Positions 33,802-41,580 of a stretch of DNA of 43,103 nucleotides are shown here, piece by piece (position 1 is the first letter of the stretch; each line of letters starts with the position of its first letter). A program made the translations under genes and the position numbers. The notes beneath the pieces were generated by a model. That model searched no databases, was not told where the DNA came from, and was given only the letters and a program-made list of their open reading frames with translations. Source of the DNA: Chlamydiota bacterium (GTDB taxonomy: Bacteria > Chlamydiota > Chlamydiia > Chlamydiales > Parachlamydiaceae). The stretch lies in the NCBI GenBank assembly GCA_013287015.1, contig JABDEO010000002.1:1-43103 (forward strand), given 5' to 3'.

Positions 33802-34908
33802 TTATTCGCTCGAGTGCAAAGCCCACGCTGCAACCTCTTCCTCTATAGTGTTGTAGCGCTGATAATCCTCATATTCCTCACAATTCTCAAACTCGTCATG
33901 ACCGATTAATTTTTCAATGTTTCGAAAAATGCTGCATATTTCTTCGACTTTTTCATATTCGCCATTGTAGATTATTTTATGAAGATTTGTTAGTTGCTCC
34001 GGTGTGAATTGAATGTTCGCATTCGCATTCCGTTCAACAAGTATTTTTTTTTGGCCTTCTGACAAAGTCATTTTAAAGTTTGAAACTGATGTTCGAAGCT
34101 CATTGACATCGTTGCTATCCAAAGTTTCTATTATATCCATGGCTTCGTCGGCATACAATTCAGCGAATTCCTTACCATATTGTTTTTCAATCGATTCTTT
34201 TAATTCATCAGGCAACACTTGACTGCCTCCTGTCCTATATAAACCATATAAATATTTTAAAGCTTCATCACTCTCAGCATCTTTTTTCTCCACTTTGTCA
34301 GCAAGAAAGGAGAAAAGCCCATAATAAAGCGATTTGAAAGCCTCAGACCGAATTTTTTCCGATTCGCCTTTAGTATTTATCAAAAATACCAAGTAGTAAC
34401 GACTCATTTTTTTTAATACATCGATAAGCGGTTGGATTAATGATAATTTAGGAGGAGGCTCGCTTACACTCCAGTCATCTAATACTTTTTTTAAAACCCC
34501 CAAAGCTGTTATACTTATTGGCTTTTCTGAAATACGTTCACATAAAACGCCCATATCTATCATTTTTTTATCTTCCAACCGAATTTTTTCTTCACATTGG
34601 GCGATAATTTTTTCAAATTGCTCCCTCAGCAGCGTTATTCCTACCGCTTCGGGACTTATTTTTTTCATAAACAGATTCATAAGAAATTCTTTCGATTTCT
34701 CGGAATTTACAGTTCCCGATTGCAATCCTTTAATTTTATTAATTAACTGTTCTAATGAGACTGAGACTCCTTCCATTGATTCTGATTTTTTAAACACATG
34801 ACCATGCGATTTTTCTCCGGGAGAATACACAAGTTCTGCACTGAATTTTTCTAATTGACTCCAATTTTCTATTCCTTGCAATGGGTTGTTCTCAGATATA
34901 GAAGTCAT
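33802..34908 (-). CDS. Acidic helical hypothetical protein, tandem paralog A (368 aa)
   Basis: Long ORF sharing most residues with 35123..36259, including a conserved upstream region of about 110 bp. No signal peptide, TM segment or recognisable family. Confidence 0.7.
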   Translation of the reverse strand: MTSISENNPLQGIENWSQLEKFSAELVYSPGEKSHGHVFKKSESMEGVSVSLEQLINKIKGLQSGTVNSEKSKEFLMNLFMKKISPEAVGITLLREQFEKIIAQCEEKIRLEDKKMIDMGVLCERISEKPISITALGVLKKVLDDWSVSEPPPKLSLIQPLIDVLKKMSRYYLVFLINTKGESEKIRSEAFKSLYYGLFSFLADKVEKKDAESDEALKYLYGLYRTGGSQVLPDELKESIEKQYGKEFAELYADEAMDIIETLDSNDVNELRTSVSNFKMTLSEGQKKILVERNANANIQFTPEQLTNLHKIIYNGEYEKVEEICSIFRNIEKLIGHDEFENCEEYEDYQRYNTIEEEVAAWALHSSE

Positions 34909-35122
34909 GACACCCTCCTAATTTTTACAAATGTTGAAATAATAAATAAATATAAACAATAAACTGTATTATTACTTACATAATAACCTATAAAAATAAA
35001 AAACACACAATTTATTATTTAAAGTAATCAGATCGTCCCGACCTGATTACTGATGCATTCAAGGCCGGGACGGCCTTGTTATCTTATACCGCCACCATGA
35101 CTTTTTAAGGACGTACCTAAAA

Positions 35123-36259
35123 TCATCTTATTCGCTCGAGTGCAAGAACCCACGCTGCAACCTCTTCCTCTATAGTGTTGTAGCGCTGATAATCCTCATA
35201 TTCCTCACAATTCTCAAACTCGTCATGACCGATTAATCTTTCAATGTTTCGAAAAATGCTGCATATTTTTTCGACTTTTTCATATTCGCCATTGTTGATT
35301 ATTTTATGAAGATTTGTTAGTTGCTCCGGTGTGAATTGAATGTTCGCATTCCGTTCAACAAGTATTTTTTTTTGGCCTTCTGACAAAGTCATTCTAAAGT
35401 TTGAAAGTAGTGTTTGAAGCGCCTTGACATCGTTGCTATCCAAAGTTTCTATTATATCCATGGCTTCGTCGGCATACAATTCAGCGAATTCCTTACCATA
35501 TTGTTTTTCAATCGACTTTTTTAAAACATTAGGCAAGGCTTGACTGCCTCCTGTCCTATATAAATCATATAAATATTTTAAAGCTTCATCACTTTCAGCA
35601 TCTTTTTTTTCCACTTTGTCAGCAAGAAAGGAGAAAAGCCCATAATAAAGCGATTTGAAAGCCTCAGACCGAATTTTTTCCGATTCGTCTTTAGTATGTG
35701 TCAAAAATAAAAGGTCGAAACGAGGCATTTTTTTTAATACATCGATAAGGGGTTGGATTAATGATAATTTAGGAGGAGGCTTGCTTATATTCCAGCCATC
35801 TAATATTTCTTTTAAAACCCCCAAAGCTGTTATACTTATCGGATTTTCTGAAATACATTCACATAAGGTGCGCATATTTATCATTCTTTTATCTTCTACC
35901 CGAGATTTTTCTTCATCTTGTGTTAATGAAAGTTCAGGAAATGCTTGAGTAATGATTTTTTCAAATCTCCCTCTTAGCAGCGTTATTCCTGGCGCTTCGG
36001 GGCTTATTTTTTTCATAAACAGATTCATAAGAAATTCTTTCGATTTCTCGAGATTTACGGTTCCCGATTGCAATGCTTTAATTTTGGTAATTAACTGCTC
36101 CAATGAGACTGAGATTCCGTCCGTTGATCCTGATTTTTTGAACACATGACCATGCAATTCTTTTTCGGAGGGAGAATACTCAAATTCTGAACTGAATTTT
36201 TCTAATTGACTCCAATTTTCTATTCCCTGCAATGGGTTGTTGTCAGATATAGAAGTCAT
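35123..36259 (-). CDS. Acidic helical hypothetical protein, tandem paralog B (378 aa)
   Basis: Same family as 33802..34908. It has a 10-aa insertion (AFPELSLTQD) and a different C-terminal tail caused by a 1-nt indel near the 3' end. Confidence 0.7.
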   Translation of the reverse strand: MTSISDNNPLQGIENWSQLEKFSSEFEYSPSEKELHGHVFKKSGSTDGISVSLEQLITKIKALQSGTVNLEKSKEFLMNLFMKKISPEAPGITLLRGRFEKIITQAFPELSLTQDEEKSRVEDKRMINMRTLCECISENPISITALGVLKEILDGWNISKPPPKLSLIQPLIDVLKKMPRFDLLFLTHTKDESEKIRSEAFKSLYYGLFSFLADKVEKKDAESDEALKYLYDLYRTGGSQALPNVLKKSIEKQYGKEFAELYADEAMDIIETLDSNDVKALQTLLSNFRMTLSEGQKKILVERNANIQFTPEQLTNLHKIINNGEYEKVEKICSIFRNIERLIGHDEFENCEEYEDYQRYNTIEEEVAAWVLALERIR

Positions 36260-36456
36260 GACACCCTCCTAATTTTTACAAATGTTGAAATAATAAATAA
36301 ATATAAACAACAAACTGTATTATCACTAATCACATAATAACATATAAAAATTAAAAAACACACTTTATTATTTAAATCAGCCAATATCTAATTTTTTGGG
36401 TAATACTCCTATGCCGACACGATTGAATTTGAAACATCCCTTTGGGTACATCCTTA

Positions 36457-36691
36457 AATAACGCGAGTTTTGGATAAACGATTGCCCTGATATTGACGCT
36501 TTGGCGCGTATTTTGGGGTCAGGCCTGACACTATGACACTTTTAAAAACGCCAGTATGACACGTTTCAAAGCATCATACTGGCGTTTTTAAAAGTGTCAT
36601 AGTGTCAGGCCTGACCCCAAAAATACCCTGGCGCTTTTAAAAGTATCAAAGTGTCAAACTCACCTTTGCACGTTGTGCAAGACTTTTGCAA
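36457..36691. repeat. Mosaic repeat block: AACGCGAGTTTTGGATAAACG cassette, a 113-bp GTCAGGCCTGAC palindrome (36511-36623), a GCGCTTTTAAAAG cassette and a CACCTTTGCA...GACTTTTGCAA cassette
   Basis: 36457-36536 is the reverse complement of 31521-31593. 36511-36623 is a palindrome (TTTTGGGGTCAGGCCTGACACTATGACACTTTTAAAAACGCCAGTATGA...). 36623-36660 is the reverse complement of 31177-31213. 36661-36691 resembles 14001-14031. Confidence 0.93.
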
Positions 36692-36836
36692 TTATTTGAG
36701 GACATGCCCTTTGGTCTTTTAGGTCCTTCAGGTCCCTTAAGGTCCCTCCGTCCTTAAATTTGTTTTTTGTGTTGTGGGGAAAATGAGGATTCAGTAGAAG
36801 TAGGGGTCACCGTTTTTATTAGATGCAGGGGCAAAC

Positions 36837-38018
36837 ATGGGACATTTTTTATTTACATCGGAATCCGTAGCGATAGGGCATCCGGATAAAATTGCGGATC
36901 AGATATCCGATGCAGTGCTGGACGCCTGTTTGCGCCAGGATCCCCATTCCAGAGTCGCATGTGAAACGCTTGTCGCGCCGGGCTTTGTCATGCTGGCCGG
37001 AGAAATCACCACAAAAGCGCATCTTTCCTATCAAGATCTTGTCAGGCAAACGGTGCGGGAAATCGGTTATGATAATGTTGCGCTAGGTTTTGATTACCGC
37101 TCATGCGGCATCATTACCTCCATTAACAAGCAGTCCGCCGACATCTCGCTTGGCGTCGACGAAAGCACCGCGCCCTTTAAAGAGCAAGGCGCGGGAGATC
37201 AAGGCATTATGTTTGGGTACGCGTGCGATGAAACTCCGGAGCTCATGCCTCTGCCAATCATGATGGCCCACCAAATCGTCAGGGAGCTGCGCCGTTTGCG
37301 TGAAACAGGCGAGCTTCCTTATTTATGCCCCGATGCTAAATCGCAAGTCACCATTGAATACAATGAAGCGCATGAACCTGTCCGCGTGCACACAATCGTC
37401 ATTTCCACACAGCATCTTGAAAGCGTCAGTCAAGCCGTCATTGCAAAAGACATGAAGGCGATGTCGCTCCGTCTGTTTCCAAAGCGGCTCTTTGACGACA
37501 ACACACTATTTTATATCAATCCTACCGGCCGTTTTGTAATCGGAGGCCCTGTAGGGGACTGCGGATTAACAGGACGCAAAATCATTGTCGACACTTACGG
37601 CGGCATGAGCCGGCATGGCGGAGGAGCTTTTTCAGGCAAGGATCCAACAAAAGTGGATCGATCCGCCTGTTATGCAGCCCGCTACATAGCAAAAAACATA
37701 GTGGCGGCGAAATTAGCGCGCCGTTGCGAAATACAGGTCTCGTACGCAATTGGCGTCCCCTATCCCATTTCCATTAAAGTTGATGCCTTTGGAACCGGCG
37801 CAGTCAGCGACGAACTATTAAGCCGCGTCGTGCCCAAGGTGTTTTCGCTCTCACCAAAGGGCATCATCGATATGCTTAATTTGCAACGTCCTATCTATAA
37901 GAACACCGCATTCGGCGGTCATTTTGGGCGAACGGAAAAAGAATTTTCGTGGGAAGCGACGGACCGCATCGACAGCCTTTTAGAAGCAACTGCTGCACGC
38001 GCGCAAAATTTGACGTAA
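36837..38018 (+). CDS. metK: S-adenosylmethionine synthase MetK
   Basis: Canonical MetK blocks: [54 protein letters not shown] and YAIGVP. Confidence 0.96.
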   Translation: MGHFLFTSESVAIGHPDKIADQISDAVLDACLRQDPHSRVACETLVAPGFVMLAGEITTKAHLSYQDLVRQTVREIGYDNVALGFDYRSCGIITSINKQSADISLGVDESTAPFKEQGAGDQGIMFGYACDETPELMPLPIMMAHQIVRELRRLRETGELPYLCPDAKSQVTIEYNEAHEPVRVHTIVISTQHLESVSQAVIAKDMKAMSLRLFPKRLFDDNTLFYINPTGRFVIGGPVGDCGLTGRKIIVDTYGGMSRHGGGAFSGKDPTKVDRSACYAARYIAKNIVAAKLARRCEIQVSYAIGVPYPISIKVDAFGTGAVSDELLSRVVPKVFSLSPKGIIDMLNLQRPIYKNTAFGGHFGRTEKEFSWEATDRIDSLLEATAARAQNLT

Positions 38019-38049
38019 ACGGAACATTTAGGCTTTTTTTATCCATTCC

Positions 38050-38303
38050 TTCGCGCAGCGTTTGGAGTGCGTGCGACTTGTCGCCGCTTTGGAAGACCTC
38101 GACTTGTCGAGGTCGAAGCGTAAATCTAAAATACCCAAAAGCTGGCGTTTTTAACGTTGAACAGGTCATATTGTCGATAGCAAAACGCTTTCCCATGTTA
38201 ACGTAAGCTAGCTTCTAGATGTTTTAGATTCACGCTTCGACCTCGACAAATCGAGGTCTTCCAAAGCGGCGACAAGTCGCACGCACTCCAAACGCTGCGC
38301 GAA
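38050..38303. repeat. 254-bp palindrome (82-bp arms, loop of about 90 bp) unrelated in sequence to the other families
   Basis: TTCGCGCAGCGTTTGGAGTGCGTGCGACTTGTCGCCGCTTTGGAAGACCTCGACTTGTCGAGGTCGAAGCGTAAATCTAAAA (38050-38131) pairs with 38222-38303. Each arm has an internal hairpin, CCTCGACTTGTCGAGG. Confidence 0.95.
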
Positions 38304-38353
38304 AGAAAAGTTAAAAAAAACTAAAATCGAATCTGTAAATCACTGCATTTTGT

Positions 38354-39253
38354 ATGATAAAATCTCCCGACAATGACAAACCCGCATCAAAAGAGCTTCA
38401 GCTTGCAATAAAAACTTTGCAAACAGCCTTTAGAAGACTTTTAAAGCGCGCTCGGAAACGAAGAGACGGCACGCTGCAAGATCTTAATAAATGTCTGGAA
38501 TGGAATGCTTTACATCACGAGGCGCTGCTCCTGCAAGCCAACTTGTTTCAAATAAAAAAAGGCATGCGGGAGATCATTGTTGAGGACTGGGATGGCGGCC
38601 AGAAGCGGAAAATCACTCTAAATCCTCAATTTGAACCGCATATTGAGGTGACTAAACGATTCAAGCAAAGCAAAAAATTGCGGGCAGGCGTCCCCTATCG
38701 CAAAATTCTACTAGAAAAAGTTGAACAAGAGATCAAGCGTTATGAAAGCTGTCTAGCTGAGTTGGAAACTATTGACTCCTTGGAAGCCCTCGTTCCTTTG
38801 CAACAATATTTGCCAAAACTTAAAACTCCAAAGTCGATCAATGCCGCCCCAGAAGCCCTTCCCTTCCGAGAATTTTTTTCGTCCAGCGGCTTGCTTCTGT
38901 GGGTAGGTAAAAGCGCCAAAGATAATGAAGCGCTCACTTTCCGGCACGCCAAAGGATCAGATTGGTGGCTGCATGCGCATGAGTTCCCAGGCTCCCACAT
39001 CGTTCTTAGAGTCAAAAAAGACCAGTCCCCCGATCCAGATGCATTGCAAGACGCTCTTCAGCTAGCTCTCCATTACAGTAAAGCCAAAAATCAAGGTTCG
39101 GCGGAAATTTGCGTAACGCAATGCAAATATGTTGCACGCTTTGGCAGGGGTAAAATCGGAAAAGTCCATATTTCCAAGCATCAAGTTGTATTCGTTAAAA
39201 ACGATCCCGAACGCCTTCAAAATCTGAAAGACAGAAAGCGCGAGAGAACTTGA
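38354..39253 (+). CDS. DUF814 / NFACT-R domain protein (RqcH/FbpA C-terminal-like)
   Basis: 299 aa with the hallmark DUF814 block GSDWWLHAHEFPGSHIVLRV preceded by coiled-coil sequence. Confidence 0.8.
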   Translation: MIKSPDNDKPASKELQLAIKTLQTAFRRLLKRARKRRDGTLQDLNKCLEWNALHHEALLLQANLFQIKKGMREIIVEDWDGGQKRKITLNPQFEPHIEVTKRFKQSKKLRAGVPYRKILLEKVEQEIKRYESCLAELETIDSLEALVPLQQYLPKLKTPKSINAAPEALPFREFFSSSGLLLWVGKSAKDNEALTFRHAKGSDWWLHAHEFPGSHIVLRVKKDQSPDPDALQDALQLALHYSKAKNQGSAEICVTQCKYVARFGRGKIGKVHISKHQVVFVKNDPERLQNLKDRKRERT

Positions 39254-39432
39254 TGCCCCGCTTCTTTATTCGGAGATGGTGAGGCGGAGGAAACTTTTTC
39301 AACTAATCCATGGAAAAAATCATAAACGCGATTCGCCCAAGACAGCATTGTATTAAACGCTTCGGGAAAGAAAATCCAGATCAAATAGAACAGGAATCCA
39401 AAGAAAAAAAAGTAAAAAATAAATCTAAACAT
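39217..39432 (-). CDS. Possible small Phe-rich membrane protein (71 aa)
   Basis: N-terminal hydrophobic helix FIFYFFFFGFLFYLIWIFF. GAGGT-type Shine-Dalgarno 7-12 nt upstream of the ATG at 39432. Its 3' end overlaps the convergent DUF814 gene by 37 nt. No homology support. Confidence 0.35.
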   Translation of the reverse strand: MFRFIFYFFFFGFLFYLIWIFFPEAFNTMLSWANRVYDFFHGLVEKVSSASPSPNKEAGHQVLSRFLSFRF

Positions 39433-39532
39433 ACCTACCTCTGACCTCTGAAAACTTTAAGGTTCAATAATTTCTTTATCTATACCTCGTATTATCAGAT
39501 TACCTTAAAATTAGCAAGCGATCATGCATGAC

Positions 39533-39580
39533 GAAGGAAGGTAGCCAGGGCGGGACGCCCTGGTTACCTTCCTTAGCCCT
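39533..39580. repeat. 48-bp hairpin cassette AAGGAAGGTAGCCAGGGCGggaCGCCCTGGTTACCTTCCTT, directly after the MFS-PlsC stop codon
   Basis: Perfect or near-perfect stem of about 20 bp. It shares the CCAGGGCGGGACGCCCTGG and CCTTCCTTAGCCCT cassettes with 31041-31125, 31623-31640 and 12410-12425. It probably also acts as a terminator. Confidence 0.9.
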
Positions 39581-39583
39581 GCA

Positions 39584-41443
39584 TTACGCGTTAACTTTAG
39601 GGCTGCAGGAGGACTTTGGCAATTGTCTCGATAGAGGAATGGCGGCGTCGAGACAAGCTTTAGCCGGTGAGGGAGTGGAGTTATCCCAGGGGATCGATTT
39701 AAATGAAATAACGGCAGGTACGCGGAATTTATTCATCAAACGTCTAAAGAGACGAGGTTTTTTATTTTTCTCCCCTTTTTCGATGTGAACGGCCAATACA
39801 GGACAATTCACGTCTTGTAAAATTTCGCGAACCATTCGGGCGTGTTTTAATTTTTCAAATTCTCCTTCGACATTTGCATCCTGAATGAAAATACAAACGG
39901 AAATTCCATTTTTTAAAGTGTTTTTGATTGCAGTTAAACAGGAAGGATTATGTTCAAGCGGCTCTATTTCGGGAATCAATACTACACGCAACAGACGATA
40001 TAAACGCTTGAGCCACTTAGAGTGATCTTGCTCATGTTCGATAAAAAACCGCATACGCCTACGCTGCGCTCCCAAAAGAAGAAGCGTGTCATTCCAAGCA
40101 GTATGCGTGCAAATATAAACAGCGGGGGTGTCAGGAATATTCTCATAACCATTAAAAGTGATCTTAAAATGCAAACGAGATAATATCATCCCAACAAAAC
40201 GCGTCAAATAATCAAAAAAGAGAATCGTATAAAGCGCAGTAACTACCAATGTAATGCTTCCTACGATCGTAAATCCCTTGTCCGCCTGGACGCCAAAGAC
40301 TTCAGTTACAATGTACAGAAGGCAAGATGCGCACAACACGCCAATAAAACTCATAAATGTTGTCGCCGCTACGGTTTGACCAATATATTGCTTTGAACTT
40401 GTAATCTGAACGTAGGAATCCAAGGGGATTAAATACATGCCTCCAAAGATTCCAATAGTGATGACAAGTGGAATGCAAATCAATAGGTTATGAGAAAAAA
40501 CATCCAACAGATAAAAACAGATCGTAATGCCAATCCCGGCTAGAGGCGTCAAGGCGAGCTCCACCATTCTCCCAGAAATTTTTCCTGCGATGATCGATCC
40601 GGTGCCAATGCCAATTGCAGTCAATAAAAAGAGATACCCGCCCTGAACATCTGTCAAATGAAGAGAGGTGACCGCAAATGGGATCATATTAAGTTGTGTA
40701 TAGGAAGCCATAAATAAGAAAAACGCCGATCCGAGCATAGCGGCTAACAACGAAGGCTCATGTCGCACGCGTTTGAGGGTCATGTAAATGTCAGATACAA
40801 AGTGCGCATTGAGTTCCTTATGTGAACCGGAGGGAGAAGTATACTTAATAGAAGCGCTGCTGACCACTCCAATGAAGGCGAATAGGATGCAAAATCCGGA
40901 AGCGATGATAAAGTTGCGTTGAGTGACATCAAGTAAAAATGAAGCAAGGAATGTTCCTAAAATAATCGCCAGATATGTGCAAGAGGTCATCATGCCATTA
41001 GCTTTGGAAATCTTATCAGAAGGCAGCAGTTCGGGTAAAATGCCATATTTTGAGGGGCTGAATAAGGCGCTGTGGCTGGCTAATAGAAATAGTGTGCAGT
41101 AGGAAAGAATCTTACTGGAATAAGCAAAGGAAACTAATCCCAGGATCATGATTCCGAGTTCAAGAAGTTTAGTGGCGATAATGATATTGCGTTTGCTAAA
41201 GCGATCTGCAAGGATTCCAGCGGATGAAGAGAACAGCAAAAAGGGAAGTACATAAAGTATTCCGGTCGTAGCAAGAACGACGTGACTTCGTTCTATCCCC
41301 TCTAATTGAATAAAGAAAAAAATAATTAATAATTTAAAAATATTATCATTCATCGCTCCAAGAAACTGAGTTGCATTCAGATAGGCGAATGAGGAAAGAC
41401 CTCCTGTCGCTGAAGCAAGGTTGCGGCGCATAAATGATATCAT
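39584..41443 (-). CDS. Fusion protein: LplT-like MFS lysophospholipid transporter plus a PlsC-type (HX4D) acyltransferase domain
   Basis: The N-terminal 410 aa or so have 12 hydrophobic segments and an MFS loop motif (GILADRFSKRN). The C-terminal domain has the acyltransferase HX4D box (CTHTAWNDTLLL). Confidence 0.8.
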   Translation of the reverse strand: MISFMRRNLASATGGLSSFAYLNATQFLGAMNDNIFKLLIIFFFIQLEGIERSHVVLATTGILYVLPFLLFSSSAGILADRFSKRNIIIATKLLELGIMILGLVSFAYSSKILSYCTLFLLASHSALFSPSKYGILPELLPSDKISKANGMMTSCTYLAIILGTFLASFLLDVTQRNFIIASGFCILFAFIGVVSSASIKYTSPSGSHKELNAHFVSDIYMTLKRVRHEPSLLAAMLGSAFFLFMASYTQLNMIPFAVTSLHLTDVQGGYLFLLTAIGIGTGSIIAGKISGRMVELALTPLAGIGITICFYLLDVFSHNLLICIPLVITIGIFGGMYLIPLDSYVQITSSKQYIGQTVAATTFMSFIGVLCASCLLYIVTEVFGVQADKGFTIVGSITLVVTALYTILFFDYLTRFVGMILSRLHFKITFNGYENIPDTPAVYICTHTAWNDTLLLLGAQRRRMRFFIEHEQDHSKWLKRLYRLLRVVLIPEIEPLEHNPSCLTAIKNTLKNGISVCIFIQDANVEGEFEKLKHARMVREILQDVNCPVLAVHIEKGEKNKKPRLFRRLMNKFRVPAVISFKSIPWDNSTPSPAKACLDAAIPLSRQLPKSSCSPKVNA

Positions 41444-41506
41444 AACCCCTCATAATCGATTTTTCAATGATCTAAGTGCAATGGTAATCCGATCATTCAT
41501 TTTATA

Positions 41507-41549
41507 AAAGAAAGAAAAAAAAAGAGGAAACTCGCGGGAGTTTCCTCTT
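41507..41549 (-). terminator. Rho-independent terminator of the MOMP-like gene
   Basis: On the minus strand: AAGAGGAAACTCccgcGAGTTTCCTCTT (stem of about 12 bp, complement of 41522-41549) followed immediately by TTTTTTTTTCTTT. Confidence 0.8.
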
Positions 41550-41580
41550 GAAAAATCGACCGGCAAATACTTTTGTTCGA

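Noticed and set aside
35024-35077. Two small hairpins (GTAATCAG..CTGATTAC and AAGGCCGggaCGGCCTT) between the tandem paralogues, considered as a confident terminator
   Set aside because: The stems are short (7-8 bp) and only the distal one is followed by a weak T/A-rich run on the minus strand. A terminator role is plausible, but the support is not strong enough to list them as a feature.
36660-36836. SAM riboswitch in the metK leader
   Set aside because: I could not find the conserved SAM-I core or a convincing SAM-II/SAM-V pseudoknot pattern by eye. The region is instead occupied by repeat cassettes. Only an Infernal/Rfam scan could settle this.
8741-39580. Whether the recurring palindromic repeats form a CRISPR array
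   Set aside because: The repeats are long (30-155 bp arms) and occur as inverted rather than direct copies. They are scattered in separate intergenic regions instead of being regularly interspaced with unique spacers of similar size, and no cas genes are present.
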